Virus record (IMG/VR): IMGVR_UViG_3300034050_000451
Span: 1-64,000 of that record
Direction: 5' to 3' (one strand)
Length of the DNA stretch: 64,000 nt
Below, piece by piece: positions 49,101 through 58,900 of the stretch (position 1 is the stretch's first letter; every line of letters starts with the position of its first letter). Under the pieces are notes generated by a model. The model made no database searches and was not told the origin of the DNA. It worked only from the letters and a program-made list of their open reading frames with translations. The translations under genes were made by a program, and so were the position numbers.

Positions 49101-52088
49101 AGTTGAACCACTTTTGAAAGAATCAACTACAAAACCATTCTCATTTGAAACAGATGCAGTTATTTCACCATCTTGGATAATAGATATTTGAATATTAGTA
49201 ATTTGAGAACCATCTCCTGCAAAATTACCTCTAAATTCAGATGCAGTTACAAATGTATTAACTCTAACAGAACCAGTAAATTGTGAACCATATGCCTGAG
49301 ATGTAACTATAAATCCATTAGAATCATCAACTGAGGCAGTTACATTACCATCGGTAATTACAGGTATAGTTATATTTGTTAATCCACTACCATCACCTCT
49401 AAATAAAGATGCTGATACCGAACCAGATACATCTATTGAACCAGTAAATTCCGAACCACTTTGAGCCGAATTTACTACAAATCCAATATTAGGAGATACC
49501 GATGCCGTTACTGAACCTGATTTTATTTCAGTTGAAATAAGTGCATCTTCAGTTAATGCCGAACGAGGTATGTTTAATAACCCCTGCCCACTACCACTAA
49601 AGAATGAACCAGTTAATGCTTGAATAATACCACCACCACTTACAAATAATGAACCACTTACATTTACAGACCCAGTAACATAAACTGAACCTTTAAATGT
49701 AGAACCACTTAATGGTGATGTTACTACAAATCCATTTATATTATCAACAGATGCAGTTACTTGCCCATCTGCTATGAAATTTCTATTAATTACCTCTTCA
49801 GATAATGCTGATAATGGAATATTAAATAATCCCTCACCACTACCAGAGTAAAATGAACCAGATTTAAGAGTTACACTACCACTTACATCAATTGAACCAG
49901 TAAATTCAGAACCAAATTGTGCAGATTCTACTTTAAATCCAAAATTACTTCCAACAGAAGCCGTTACTGAACCGGTTGCTATCCTAGTAGCTTGAGCTAC
50001 TTGTTCAGCTAATGCAGATAATGGAATATTAAATAAACCAGCACCACTACCACTAAACATTGATGCAGTTACAGTTCCCCTTACATTAAGGTTATCTCTA
50101 AGTCTAACCGAACCTGTAAATTCCGAACCACTTGCAACTGAAATTACTTGAAATCCATTTTGTGGAGTTACCGATGCGGTAACTGAACCACTTGCTATTA
50201 TATTTGATAATTGTGCATCCGGTGTTAATGCTGCTCTTGGTATATTGAATAAACCAGCACCACTACCAGTAAACATCGATGCGGTTACATTACCAGCTAC
50301 TATAAGATTATCTCTAAATCTAACTGAACCACTAAATTGTGAACCACTTTGGATTGAAGTTACTACAAATCCAGCTTTAGGGTCAACGGATGCCGTTACA
50401 CTTCCACTTGTTATTAAATTTGATAATAATGCATCCGGTGTTAATGCTGCCCTAGGAATATCAAATAAACCAGCACCACTACCACTAAACATTGATGCGG
50501 ATACGTTTCCACTAACATCAACTGAACCTGTAAACTCAGAACCACTTTGTTGTGATTCAACTCTGAATCCAAAGTTTGGAGAAACAGACGCTGTTACTGA
50601 ACCCGATGATATAAATGTACTCAATAATGCATCAGGTGTTAATGCTGCTCTCGGAATATTAAATAAACCAGCACCACTACCACTAAAAATTGAACCACTA
50701 TTTATAGAAATACCACCACTTACAAATAATGAACCTGTAAATTGTGAACCGCTTTCGATTGAAGTTACAACAAATCCAGACTTAGGGTCAACCGATGCGG
50801 TTACACTTCCACTACTAATTAATGGTGATACAAGTGCATCAGGCGTTAAAGCTGCTCTCGGAATATTAAATAAACCAGCACCACTACCACTAAACATTGA
50901 TGCAGTTACATTACCATCTACATATACCGATGAGCTAAACTCTGCTCTATTGGTACCCTCTAATCTAAATCCATAATTTGGATTAACCGATGCCGTTACA
51001 CTTCCACTACCAATTAATGGAGAAACCAATGCATCCGGTGTTAATGCTGCCCTTGGAATATCGAATAAACCAGCACCACTACCAGTAAACATCGATGCGG
51101 TTACATTACCAGCTACAAATAGTGAAGAACTAAATTCTGCTCTATTGGTACCTTCTAATCGAAACCCATAATTTGGATTAACCGATGCGGTGACCGAACC
51201 TGATGTAATAAATGCCGACAGAAGAGCGTCAGGCGTTAAAGCTGCCCTCGGAATATCAAATAAGTTAGCACCACTACCACTAAATGATGAACCACTAACA
51301 ATTTCTATGTTTCCACTCACAAAAAGTGAAGAACTGAACTCTGCTCTTGTAGTTCCTTCTAATCTAAACCCATAAGATTCATTAACGGATGCCGTAACAG
51401 CCCCATCAACGATTCTTGGTGATTCTGCTGCCGCAGGAAGGTTAAATAACTTACTACCATCACCCTCAAAGAAGGATGCTGAAGCTGTATTTGATATGTA
51501 AACGTTATTACTGAATCTACCCTCACCATTTACATCAAATGAACCTGTAACTGATACAGAACCAGTGAATTCTTGTAAATCTACTAATGAATTTCCAAAT
51601 CGGTTTGACCCAGATGAAAAAATAATTGAAGATGATATGATTTGAACCAATATTTCTCTTGCAACTATCCTATTATTAACATATAAGTCACCAGTAACCC
51701 TAACATCACCATTTATATCCATATCACCATCAAAAGATGATGATACATTTACTAAAAATCCGGTTTGTGGTGAAATTGATGCCGATGCTGAACCAGAAAT
51801 TAATCTAGAAGCATCTTTTACTAAGGGTAAATTGGTTAATCGTGAACCATCTCCTTGAAATGAACCACTAAATGAACCACTATACTCAGGAAATTGTAAT
51901 TTTGTTACAAATAAACGATTACCAAACTCATCAGATGCTAATAAAGCAACTGAACCGCTCGATAAACTACCACTAATAGGTACCCCTAAATTAGGTTCTG
52001 CTTCATTCAGTTGAAGAAACTCATATCTATCTTCAGAAACATTCTGAGGAAGCGTTACTTTTACCTTACCACTTAATAATTGACTCAT
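40104..52088 (-). CDS. giant fibre protein (3994 aa): about 28 SGSVTASV shaft repeats, Gly-X-Y stalks, cupredoxin-like insert, C-terminal fibre domain
   Basis: Repeats as described; C-terminal TINLTTANNFRYT..TWPASVDWAGGIAPALT..DILVFYTYDGGTTYYG, followed by an LRR partner and a chaperone gene. Confidence 0.85.
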   Translation of the reverse strand: MSQLLSGKVKVTLPQNVSEDRYEFLQLNEAEPNLGVPISGSLSSGSVALLASDEFGNRLFVTKLQFPEYSGSFSGSFQGDGSRLTNLPLVKDASRLISGSASASISPQTGFLVNVSSSFDGDMDINGDVRVTGDLYVNNRIVAREILVQIISSSIIFSSGSNRFGNSLVDLQEFTGSVSVTGSFDVNGEGRFSNNVYISNTASASFFEGDGSKLFNLPAAAESPRIVDGAVTASVNESYGFRLEGTTRAEFSSSLFVSGNIEIVSGSSFSGSGANLFDIPRAALTPDALLSAFITSGSVTASVNPNYGFRLEGTNRAEFSSSLFVAGNVTASMFTGSGAGLFDIPRAALTPDALVSPLIGSGSVTASVNPNYGFRLEGTNRAEFSSSVYVDGNVTASMFSGSGAGLFNIPRAALTPDALVSPLISSGSVTASVDPKSGFVVTSIESGSQFTGSLFVSGGISINSGSIFSGSGAGLFNIPRAALTPDALLSTFISSGSVTASVSPNFGFRVESQQSGSEFTGSVDVSGNVSASMFSGSGAGLFDIPRAALTPDALLSNLITSGSVTASVDPKAGFVVTSIQSGSQFSGSVRFRDNLIVAGNVTASMFTGSGAGLFNIPRAALTPDAQLSNIIASGSVTASVTPQNGFQVISVASGSEFTGSVRLRDNLNVRGTVTASMFSGSGAGLFNIPLSALAEQVAQATRIATGSVTASVGSNFGFKVESAQFGSEFTGSIDVSGSVTLKSGSFYSGSGEGLFNIPLSALSEEVINRNFIADGQVTASVDNINGFVVTSPLSGSTFKGSVYVTGSVNVSGSLFVSGGGIIQALTGSFFSGSGQGLLNIPRSALTEDALISTEIKSGSVTASVSPNIGFVVNSAQSGSEFTGSIDVSGSVSASLFRGDGSGLTNITIPVITDGNVTASVDDSNGFIVTSQAYGSQFTGSVRVNTFVTASEFRGNFAGDGSQITNIQISIIQDGEITASVSNENGFVVDSFKSGSTFYGNIIANNGIVSNDDIIANGNIQANIGSFFSGSGAGLTNIPLSAFAEEVIASTRIQSGSVTASVSPNFGFKVESLDSGSQFTGSVKVLGQVKILSGSGYFSGSGEGLTNIPRSALTEDALLSSFIVSGSVTASVAPNTGFVVISYQSGSTFFGDIQLATGSFSGSGARLFDIPKSAISDLDTSKIFSGSVTASTHPQNGFIVTSVVSGSTFFGDVQLVTGSFSGSGAKLFNIPRTALTPDALISTTITSGSVTASVAPNTGFVVTSIESGSKFFGNIELVTGSFSGSGRNLFDIPFSNLTGDSNRIASGSATASISPNLGLVVNTSASIDGDLNVAGAINATEINVTFINSEVIYSSGSNIFGDSLTDIQQMTGSVKITGSLTVDGVITGDGSGLFNIPQSALTEAATLIASGSVTASVNPNNGFVVTSIESGSTFSGSLFVSGGVSINSGSTFSGSGADLFNIPISAFSPDAQDAINSLLAIQSGILASGSVTASVSNEFGFKVESIDSGSQFTGSLFVSGGVELSSGSSFSGSGARLFDIPRAALTPDALLSNLIASGSVTASVTPDNGFVVTSIESGSTFSGSLFVSGNIEVVSGSSFSGSGENLFNIPLTALSTEAIEALISTEIKSGSVTASVTPDFGFVVVSAESGSEFTGSVDVSGSLYVTQTISSSIVKANELSGSFSGSFFGDGGGLTNISLANLSFDVYRLVSGSVTASVTPTEGFKVESLDSGSKFTGSIDVSGSITIDGIYTGDGSGLTNIDIANLAIDTSRIYTGSVTASVSTDGHFRVLDGTTLRAIKSEFSGSVYVSESIYVNKFIFGDGTFITNVTAAASPRISSGSVTASVSPNFGFKVESARSGSEFTGSVDISGSISASLFSGDGSGLFNIPLEALEDLQLVKINSGSGIAIIDPLKLDVNVPITASRFDGDGSGLFNIPANALQDLQLDRIISGSTQAVISPDKGFEVGTKTSISGSLSVSGGLFVTGGSVILSSGSSFVGDGSGLTNINIANLSFETSLLQSGSFTTVLSPNFGLVVNASASVSGNLSVEKNIYAPVIYGGQITGSFYGGYYGEGDAEDRDILIYDAARSKYVPVPESTPTTAEPFTNVTEVTVVHNFDVDYPIVQVYEAGTNGMIIPQAIIPLDSDRVRVVFSGLTSGVVVVGSGGSKISGAISGNNVIGIVPSASRAISAETADTALNVAGIDSASLALLNDLQNFVRNEQTSSMTVLSSSFALTASYALNAGEAGSGGTDLFIYYTSSLVQTETGKINFTGSGVSVIDSGSDGILVTILGGGGTGDGDLLSSQTASMYVFSSSFASIAEYALNAVGGGSGTGFPFEGYAALTGSLNVSGSLIVTGSTFIQNLPLGSTNLVVTYNPTTGRLEQQSIDAAVGTSGVDGTSGTGGTSGTGGTSGTSGTSGTSGSSGTSGTSGTSGTSGTSGTSGTNGTSGSSGTSGTSGTSGTSGTSATSGTSGTSGTSGSSGSSGSSGTSGTSGTSGTSGTSATSGSSGTSGSSGSSGSSGTSGSSGSSGTSGSSGSSGSSGSSGTSGSSGSSGSSGSSGSSGTSGSSGSSGSSGTSGTSGSSGSSGSSGTSGSSGTSGSSGSSGTSGSSGSSGTSGTSGSSGTTGTSGSSGTSGTSGSSGTSGREGGRLFEVINDGFNYAFDGYDDATFPTLTLVRGELFYFDVSGVSASHPFALRLSSGNTSVVDGTINNDPLNGLAGTTDLIAYRVPEDAPNNIVYQCAVHSSMIGIIEIVDKNGTSGTSGTSGSSGTSGTSGTSGSSGTSGTSGSSGTSGSSGTSGTSGTSGSSGTSGSSGSSGSSGSSGSSGTSGSSGSSGSSGTSGSSGSSGSSGSSGTSGTSGSSGSSGTSGTSGESGSSGTSGSSGTSGVDGTSGSSGTSGLDGTSGTSGTSGTSGTSGTSGTSGTSGTSGTSGTSGENGSSGTSGSSGTSGTSGTSGTSGTSATSGTSGTNGTSGSSGTSGSSGSTGTDGTSGSSGSSGTSGTSGSNGTSGSSGTSGTSGSTGTDGTSGSSGTSGTSGSNGTSGSSGTSGSSGSTGSSGTSGTSGSSGTSGTSGSNGTSGSSGTSGSSGSTGTDGTSGSSGSSGTSGVDGTSGSSGTSGSTGTDGTSGSYGTSGTSGLSGSNGTSGTSGLNGTSGSSGTSGSSGSSGTNGTSGSSGISGTSGTSGSSGSSGTSGSSGTSGTSGTAGTSGLDGTLFGSSGTSGSSGSTGTSGSSGTSGTSGVDGTFFGSSGSSGTSGTSGSSGTSGLSGSSGTSGTSGTSGQDGTFFGSSGTSGTSGVGTNGTSGSSGTSGTSGTSGQDGTFFGSNGTAGTSGTSGSSGTSGSSGTAGTSGTSGQDGTLFGSSGTSGTSGQSGSSGTSGLGTNGTSGTSGQDGTLFGSSGTSGTSGQSGSSGTSGLGTNGTSGTSGQDGTLFGSSGTSGTSGESGSSGTSGIGTNGTSGTSGQDGTLFGSSGTSGTSGESGSSGTSGLGTNGTSGTSGQDGTLFGSSGTSGTSGESGSSGTSGLGTNGTSGTSGQDGTLFGSSGTSGTSGESGSSGTSGVGTNGTSGTSGQDGTLFGSSGTSGTSGESGSSGTSGVGTNGTSGTSGQDGTLFGSSGTSGTSGESGSSGTSGITGTAGTSGTSGQDGTLFGSSGTSGTSGIGTDGTSGITGTAGTSGTSGQDGTLFGSSGSSGTSGVSGSNGTSGIGTNGSSGTSGQDGTLFGSSGTSGTSGLGTNGTSGLGTNGTSGTSGQDGTLFGSSGTSGTSGSSGLGTNGSSGTAGTSGLDGTLFGSSGSSGTSGMAGSSGSSGLSGTSGITGDGGSSGTSGSSGISATITGTTNNGVLTLNGSSPNITAESGLTYDGTLLDVTGNATISGNITGNNVTANTSVYTPNFRELFSNLGTGGSVTINLTTANNFRYTANANVTYTFSNPPSSPQGFGFTLVYVNGGNFTTTWPASVDWAGGIAPALTANGTDILVFYTYDGGTTYYGFLSAANLS
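40610..43820 (-). repeat. Gly-X-Y collagen-like tract 2 (about 1070 aa), containing 17 x about 36-aa (108-bp) DGT(L/F)F units
   Basis: 17 DGTLF/DGTFF motifs between about 40730 and 42470; ccactacttccaaataaagttccatcttgtcc recurs 108 nt apart. Confidence 0.95.
44160..44920 (-). repeat. Gly-X-Y collagen-like tract 1 of the 3994-aa protein (about 250 aa)
   Basis: Uninterrupted GTS/GSS triplets. Confidence 0.95.
45900..51850 (-). repeat. about 28 tandem 55-75-aa shaft repeats (FxGxGxxLxxIP...SGSVTASV..GF.V.S..SGS.F.GS)
   Basis: Counted by eye in the translation; adjacent units near 50941 and 51136 are 195 nt apart and highly similar at DNA level. Confidence 0.9.
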
Positions 52089-52110
52089 TTATGTTTTTTC
52101 AACTTAATTA

Positions 52111-52971
52111 TTACTCATTTGCACTTTCAAGAAGTGATAAAACTATTTTCAAATCGGTAGAACCTGAGAATAGTAATCCAAACTCTTGCTCTAATACTAA
52201 TTTACCAGCCACTACGGGTGAAAATGAATCACTTTTTGGGATAGGATAGTTCCTTACTAACTCTACCGCCTCTTGCGTTTCTCTCACCGGGTCATAAATA
52301 GTATCCGATATAACAGTAAATAGTTGAGAAATAATTTCTTGTGACCCAGTTTCTGCAATTAAACCATAATTGAATGATTGGGTGAAAATTGTTTGATAAA
52401 TTCTATCCACATTAACCGAACCAGTGATGGATTGGTTAATTAAAATTTGTTTTACTAATGTATCTGTATAATTAATTGCTTCGTAAGATGCCGTTACCTG
52501 TCCAGTTGGAACTAACGTTTCACCATTTTTATTATAAAATGATAAAGCTGCTTTATTTGTTCGGATAGTACCCCCATTTTGAATATCATAAACTACCGCA
52601 TTTACTGCAGTATCCACATATGCTTCATATCTAGATTGTGAAAATCCAAATGGAACTTCTGCTAAGTTATTATTGAAGTTAGTATAAGCTGCTACTTCTT
52701 TTTTCAAAAATGTTAAATTTTGTTCTAAAAGCGCTGATGCGCTATACATACTTCCGGTGTTGATAATTCCAGCAACTTGTGGTACTGGTATTTCTCTATT
52801 CGAAGCTAATTTAATTGTTACTTCTTCAGTTTGATTACCATTATTGGTAACTTGAGTCGATAGTATAATAGTAGATACACCACTCGGAGTGGTGTATACT
52901 TGGTCTTCTTCACCGGTTAGTGTCGTTACTACCGATTTGAATGCGTTAAGTGGTACAAATACGTCTGCCAT
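52111..52971 (-). CDS. virion-associated protein: 38042..38374-like beta domain with an inserted helical (globin-like) unit
   Basis: VYTTPS..IILSTQVTN and ELVRNYPIP..KLVLE..IVLSLLE flank NLTFLKKEVAAY..AVVYDIQNGGT..AINYTDTLVKQIL. Confidence 0.6.
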   Translation of the reverse strand: MADVFVPLNAFKSVVTTLTGEEDQVYTTPSGVSTIILSTQVTNNGNQTEEVTIKLASNREIPVPQVAGIINTGSMYSASALLEQNLTFLKKEVAAYTNFNNNLAEVPFGFSQSRYEAYVDTAVNAVVYDIQNGGTIRTNKAALSFYNKNGETLVPTGQVTASYEAINYTDTLVKQILINQSITGSVNVDRIYQTIFTQSFNYGLIAETGSQEIISQLFTVISDTIYDPVRETQEAVELVRNYPIPKSDSFSPVVAGKLVLEQEFGLLFSGSTDLKIVLSLLESANE

Positions 52972-52981
52972 AATTTTATTT

Positions 52982-55900
52982 TTATCCTTCTAATGCTAAT
53001 GAGAATGGTGTTACTAATGAGAACAATGAACGAGAGAATGTTCTACCTTGCAATGTTCCGGTTGCTTGATTAATTATAAGCCCCGTACCAATTTTAAAGT
53101 CACCAAGCTCGTTACCAGATGTAAAGTAAACTCTACCTCCAGCCAATTCGGTAATTTCTTTCGTTGGGTCAGCAACTCCAGCTCCACCCTGGTTAAAAGG
53201 TAATGCCTTATAAGTTACTCCAGCTCCAGAATAAGAAAAGTCATGTCCAGTAGTAATTATCAAAGAACCAAATTCTTCAACAGGAGCATTTCTCACTATT
53301 CTTTGGAATTGTGTTCTTAAATATCTATTAGTTTCAGCTGTTTCTTTCTTTTGTTCGTTTACAACTACTGCTGCTGAACCATATACCCCAGTATAATATG
53401 ATGATGCTGCTCTAACACTTCTTAGATTTCCACCATATAATAAATCCGTTGCTATTGCATCTACAATAAATCCAGTATCTCTATAACACTTTTCTTCATT
53501 ATAAACAAAGTTAGGAAATGCTCCAGCGGTATATGATATTGCGATTGATTGTAATGTTTTTTTACTTCCCCTTAATAAATCAACCGATAATTTTGTTTGG
53601 AATGATGGTCTTACTAATTGTTCTTTCAAAATTACCTTTTCAGCCATTCCCTTAGCAAAATCAATACCATCAATTGTTTGTGGTTTTTGTTTAGTTGTTG
53701 CTTCCGATGGAATATAGTAATAAAACGTTCCAGCCTTAATACTTCTTTCATTTCCACCATAAACTAAATCCGTTCTAGCTGCATCTATAATATACCCAAT
53801 ATCACGAGAACAACTTGCTTCATTATAATAAAATTCACTCCAAGATGATGAAAGATATTGAATTACTTCAGTTTGGATGAATCTTTTATTTCCAATTAAT
53901 AAATCAGCACCTACTAATACTGAAGCCGATGGTTGTACAAATTCTACATTTTGAATTACTTTTTGTGATAATCCACTTGCGTATATTATACCATCAACAG
54001 TTGGGTCCAATTGAGAAGTTGTTGAAGGAACTCCATTTTGAGTAGCCGCAGATGGGAATAGATAATAGAATGAACCAGCGGTTACACTTCTCTCATTTCC
54101 ACCATAATAAAGGTCAGTTGCAGCTGCATCAATTAAATAACCAACATCTCTCTTACACTTATCTTCATTATAATAAACACCACTCCAAGAAGATGATACA
54201 TAAGCGATTACCTCATTTTGGATAAACTCCTTATTATCTCTTAATAAATGCCAAGATGCAGATACTTCGTTTGAAGCAGTTACGAATTGAATATTTTGTG
54301 CTATTTTATTACTTAAACTAGCTGCGTATTTGATTCCATCTAATGTTTGATATAGTTGTGAACCAGTTGCCGCTGATGGGTATTCAAAATAGTATTTAGC
54401 ATTTACTACTGATGCTGATACTGAACCAAATAGTAAATCTTCAATTGCCCCACTTACAATTAATCCCACATCTCTACTACAACTAGCTTCATTGTATGCG
54501 AATCCACTCCAAGAAGAACTAATATATGCAATTACCTCATTTTGGATAAATGGTATATTTGATTTTATTAATGAATATGCTTGTAAAGTTCCAGAATCTA
54601 TTAACGATGCAGTATATTGAGAAATGGCTGGGAGTGAACCCGTTCCATTTGTTATAGTATTCATTACTAATCCAAATGATGAACTTAATGCGTTTAATAC
54701 ATTAATATTAGATGTACCTGCTCCACTTATTTGATTACTATTAGTAAATTTAATATTATTATTAGTATTTGAAGTTACAGTTGGTACTTGTAATATATTA
54801 TTTTGAATTAATTTGTTTATAATTGTTTTAACATATGATATTGCTTCAGTAGTTTCATTTAACTGAATAGTTGTAGCTTCAGATGGATATCTATAATAGT
54901 AATCAGCTGCTACAATACTTCTTTCGTTACCACCCCATAGTAAATCGGTTGCTATTGCATCTACAATGTAACCAACATCTCTTCTACACTTAGTTCTATT
55001 GTAAGTAAAGTATGGATATACTGAATCTATATAATAAATTACGTTTGTTTGTATTAATCCTTTATTATCTAATATTACATCATAATTTGCAATAGTTTCA
55101 GCACTTGCGGTTACTAATAAAGTATTTCTAACTATTTTATCAGCCAAACCAAATGCATGATTTACACCGGTGATTGTTTGGTCGGATTGAACCGAAGTAG
55201 CTTGTGATGGATATAAGTAATAAAACTCACCAGCAGTTACACTTCTTTCATTTCCACCATATAATACATCGGTTGCTACTGCATCTACAATATATCCTAC
55301 ATCTCTCTTACATTTAGATTCAATATATTCAAATCCACTCCAAGAAGAACTCATAAATGAAATTACTTCGTTTTGGATTAATAATTTGTTATCTAATAAT
55401 AAGTCATATGTAGTTTGTCTTTCTAATGAAGCAGTTACTAATGTTATATTATTAATTATTTTGTTAGTCAATCTTTGTGCGTATGTTACACCATCAACCG
55501 TTGGGTATAATTGAGCATCAACGCTTGGGGATGAACTTCCACTAACAGTTGCTGCTGATGGGAATAGGTAATAGAATGTTCCAGCGGTAATACTTCTTTC
55601 ATTTCCACCATAGTAGAAATCAGTTGCTACTGCATCTAAGATATATCCAACATCTCTACTACAACTTGCTTCGTTATATTGAAAATTACTCCAAGATGAA
55701 GAAATATATGAAATTACTTCATTTTGAATTAATGGTTTGTTATCGATTATTAAATTTGTTACACCAATGGTTTGTAATGAAGCAGTTACAAAGATATTAT
55801 TTTGTAATAACTGATTTACCATTCCTTTAGCGTAATTAATACCACTTAAAGTTGAATCTAATTGATTATTTTCAGATGGAACACCACCATTTGTTGCTCT

Positions 55901-58900
55901 TGATGGGAATAGATAATAGAATTCACCAGCTACTGAACTACGTTCATTTCCACCATATAAGGTATCAGTTGCTACTGCATCTAAAATATATCCAATATCA
56001 CGAGAACAACTTATATCATTGTATAATACACCACTCCAAGAAGATGATACATAAGAAACAACTTCCGATTGAATTAATGATTTATTTTCAACGATTAAAT
56101 CATATGCGTTTGTTCTACTATCAGGTGCTAATGCAAATTGATTATTTACAACAATATTTTGAACTAATCGTCTAGCATAATTAATACCATCCAATGTTGG
56201 GTATAATTGTGCTGCGGTTGTTGGAGATACACTACCACTAACAGTTGCAGATGATGGATATTTGTAATAGAATTCACCAGCGGTGTTACTTCTTTCATTT
56301 CCACCATATAATAAATCCGTAGAAACTGCATCAATTATATGTCCGATATCTCTTCTACATAATGATTCGTTATAATCGAATGTACTCCAAGAAGATGATA
56401 AGTAAGCGATAGTTTCACTCTTAACAAATTCTCTATTTTTTCTAATCAAATTATAAGATGCCGAAACCTCCATTGATGCGGTTTCAAAAATTATATTTTG
56501 AATTAATTTTTGTGTTAATTTACTTGCGTACTCAATACCATCTAATGTTTGGTTTATTTGAGTAGTTTCTGCTGCCGATGGGTATTCTAAATAATACTTA
56601 CCATTCACAATTGATGATGAAATAGTATTATATAATAAATCCTCAGCTGCTCCACTTACAATCAATCCAATATCTCTACTACAACTTGCTTCATTATATG
56701 AAGCCGTACTCCAAGAAGAAGATAAGTAAGATAAAGTTTCTATTTGAATAAATGGAATATTTTGCTTAATAATTTGATAAGCTGCTAATGTAGATGGTTG
56801 GGTTGAGGCCGCTCCATATAAACTAGCCGTAATATACGAACCACTGCCATTTGTAATGATTGTAGAAACGATTGATATCGAATTGGATACAAAGGTTACA
56901 TCTTCTAAACTAGCGCTTAAAGAGGCTGTAAATTGCTCTGTGCTACTAAACTTAGTTAATCCATTTATATTACTAATTTCAACCGGAATTGAACCAGTAC
57001 CATTTTTAATAATATTAATTATATTAGCAAAAGATGAACTTACGTTGTTAACCTGAGTTATACTTCCAGATTGTAATCCAATTATTTGAGGTACCGAAGT
57101 TACTTTAATTAAATCGTTAGTATTTTCAATTAATGCTGGAACTGAGCCCGTACCATTTGTTACTATATTAGTTACAATATTAAATGATGAACTTATAGTA
57201 TTTCTTAATGCCGATGATACCGCAAATGATGATGTATATTGTGATAGTTCACGTTTCTTAATTAATCCACTTACATTTGTAATTGTAGTTGGTAAATTAC
57301 TCACACCATTAAATAAAATATCAATTGTAGTTGCGAATGATGAACTTACTGATAATGATTCTGATATAGAAGCAGTATATATTGATTGAATTTGTGGTAT
57401 GTTAGTAACTTTAATATTATTAATAGTATTTGCTACAACCTCAAAATCACCCAATGATGGTATTTCAATATATCTTTGCGTATCTGAAATTGGTAACTCA
57501 TCAACAATATTAATAATTCCACTTGCTTCAATATCTTTACCATTTACATAGTATAAAGTATCAGGTGCATCGAATGGTACAATAAATGTTAAAGTTCCAA
57601 AGGTAACACCATTATTAGTTACACCTTTTGTATATTGATTTCTAAGACCTGGTTTTATATCAGTTTTAATATAAAATGGTCTAAAATCTAATTCAGTTGC
57701 ATTTACAATATTTAGTGAATTTACAGAGAATGTATAAAGTTCACCTCTCTTTAATGTTAAAGTAGGGTCTATACTACCATCTTCGATAGATGCAGTTAAT
57801 ACGTTATCAAATTTATTTAATTGATTTTCATTAAATAAATAATTTGCAGATTCAAATGCAATTACTTCATAATAAGTTGAGTATTCAGATGAACCACTTA
57901 AACTCAAACTTCCACTAATACCATATTTGATAATATCAGTTACAATTGAAAATGATGATGATACTTTTTGTATTTCAGTAGCACTAGCAGATATAGATGA
58001 TGTGATTTGTAAGCCATTACCAAATTTAATACCAGCTGCAGTATTTTTAACCAATTGAATTTCAGCAGGAATAGTTGTTCCAATAACAGTTGTTATTAAA
58101 TTACTTCCATATGAATTTTTAGGAATACCAACCGTTGAAATCGGAGCCCCATTTCTATCAGTTCCAATTGTTTGTTCGGTTGTAACTGAACTACCACTTT
58201 CAATTATTTTAATAATTGTATTAACGTTGTTAGAAATACTTTGAGTATTTGCGTTTGCTAACGTTGATTGAATTTGTGTTATACCACTAACATTTATTGG
58301 ATTATTTATATTCCAAATATAATCGTTTGAATTACCAACTATTGCCGATGGTATATAATCAGTTCCATATCTAATAATATCCTCAATAATACCAAATGAT
58401 TGTGATACTAATGTAACTTCAGTATTACTTGCAGATATAGATGATGTTACCGAATTAAATGCCGTAACTTTTATGTTACTATCAATATTTAATCCAATTT
58501 TTGGAGTTGGTAATATTTCTGATATTAAAATTTTATCGGTTAACGCATTTACATATTGAAGTGCATTTATTGTTTCAGTTAATTGAGTAGTATTTGCTAC
58601 TGATGGAAATAAGAAATAATATAATCCAGCAGTTTCAGTTCTTTCATTACCACCATACAATAAATCAGTTGTAATATTATCAACAATGTATCCAACATCT
58701 CTTCTACATTTAGCTTGGTTATAATCTAAATTAGGATATTGAGTATTGATATATGTAATAGTTTCAGTTTGAATTAAACTACGATTTTTTCTCATTAAAT
58801 CAACAGCCCCAATTACAGAATTAGATGCCGTTACAAATGTATCGTTGTTTAATAATTTTTCAGTTAATCGTTTAGCATATCTAATAGCATCTAATGTTTG

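Noticed and set aside
46285-51375. Plus-strand ORFs (372, 243 aa etc.) in the SGSVTAS array
   Set aside because: Antisense shadows of the repeat.
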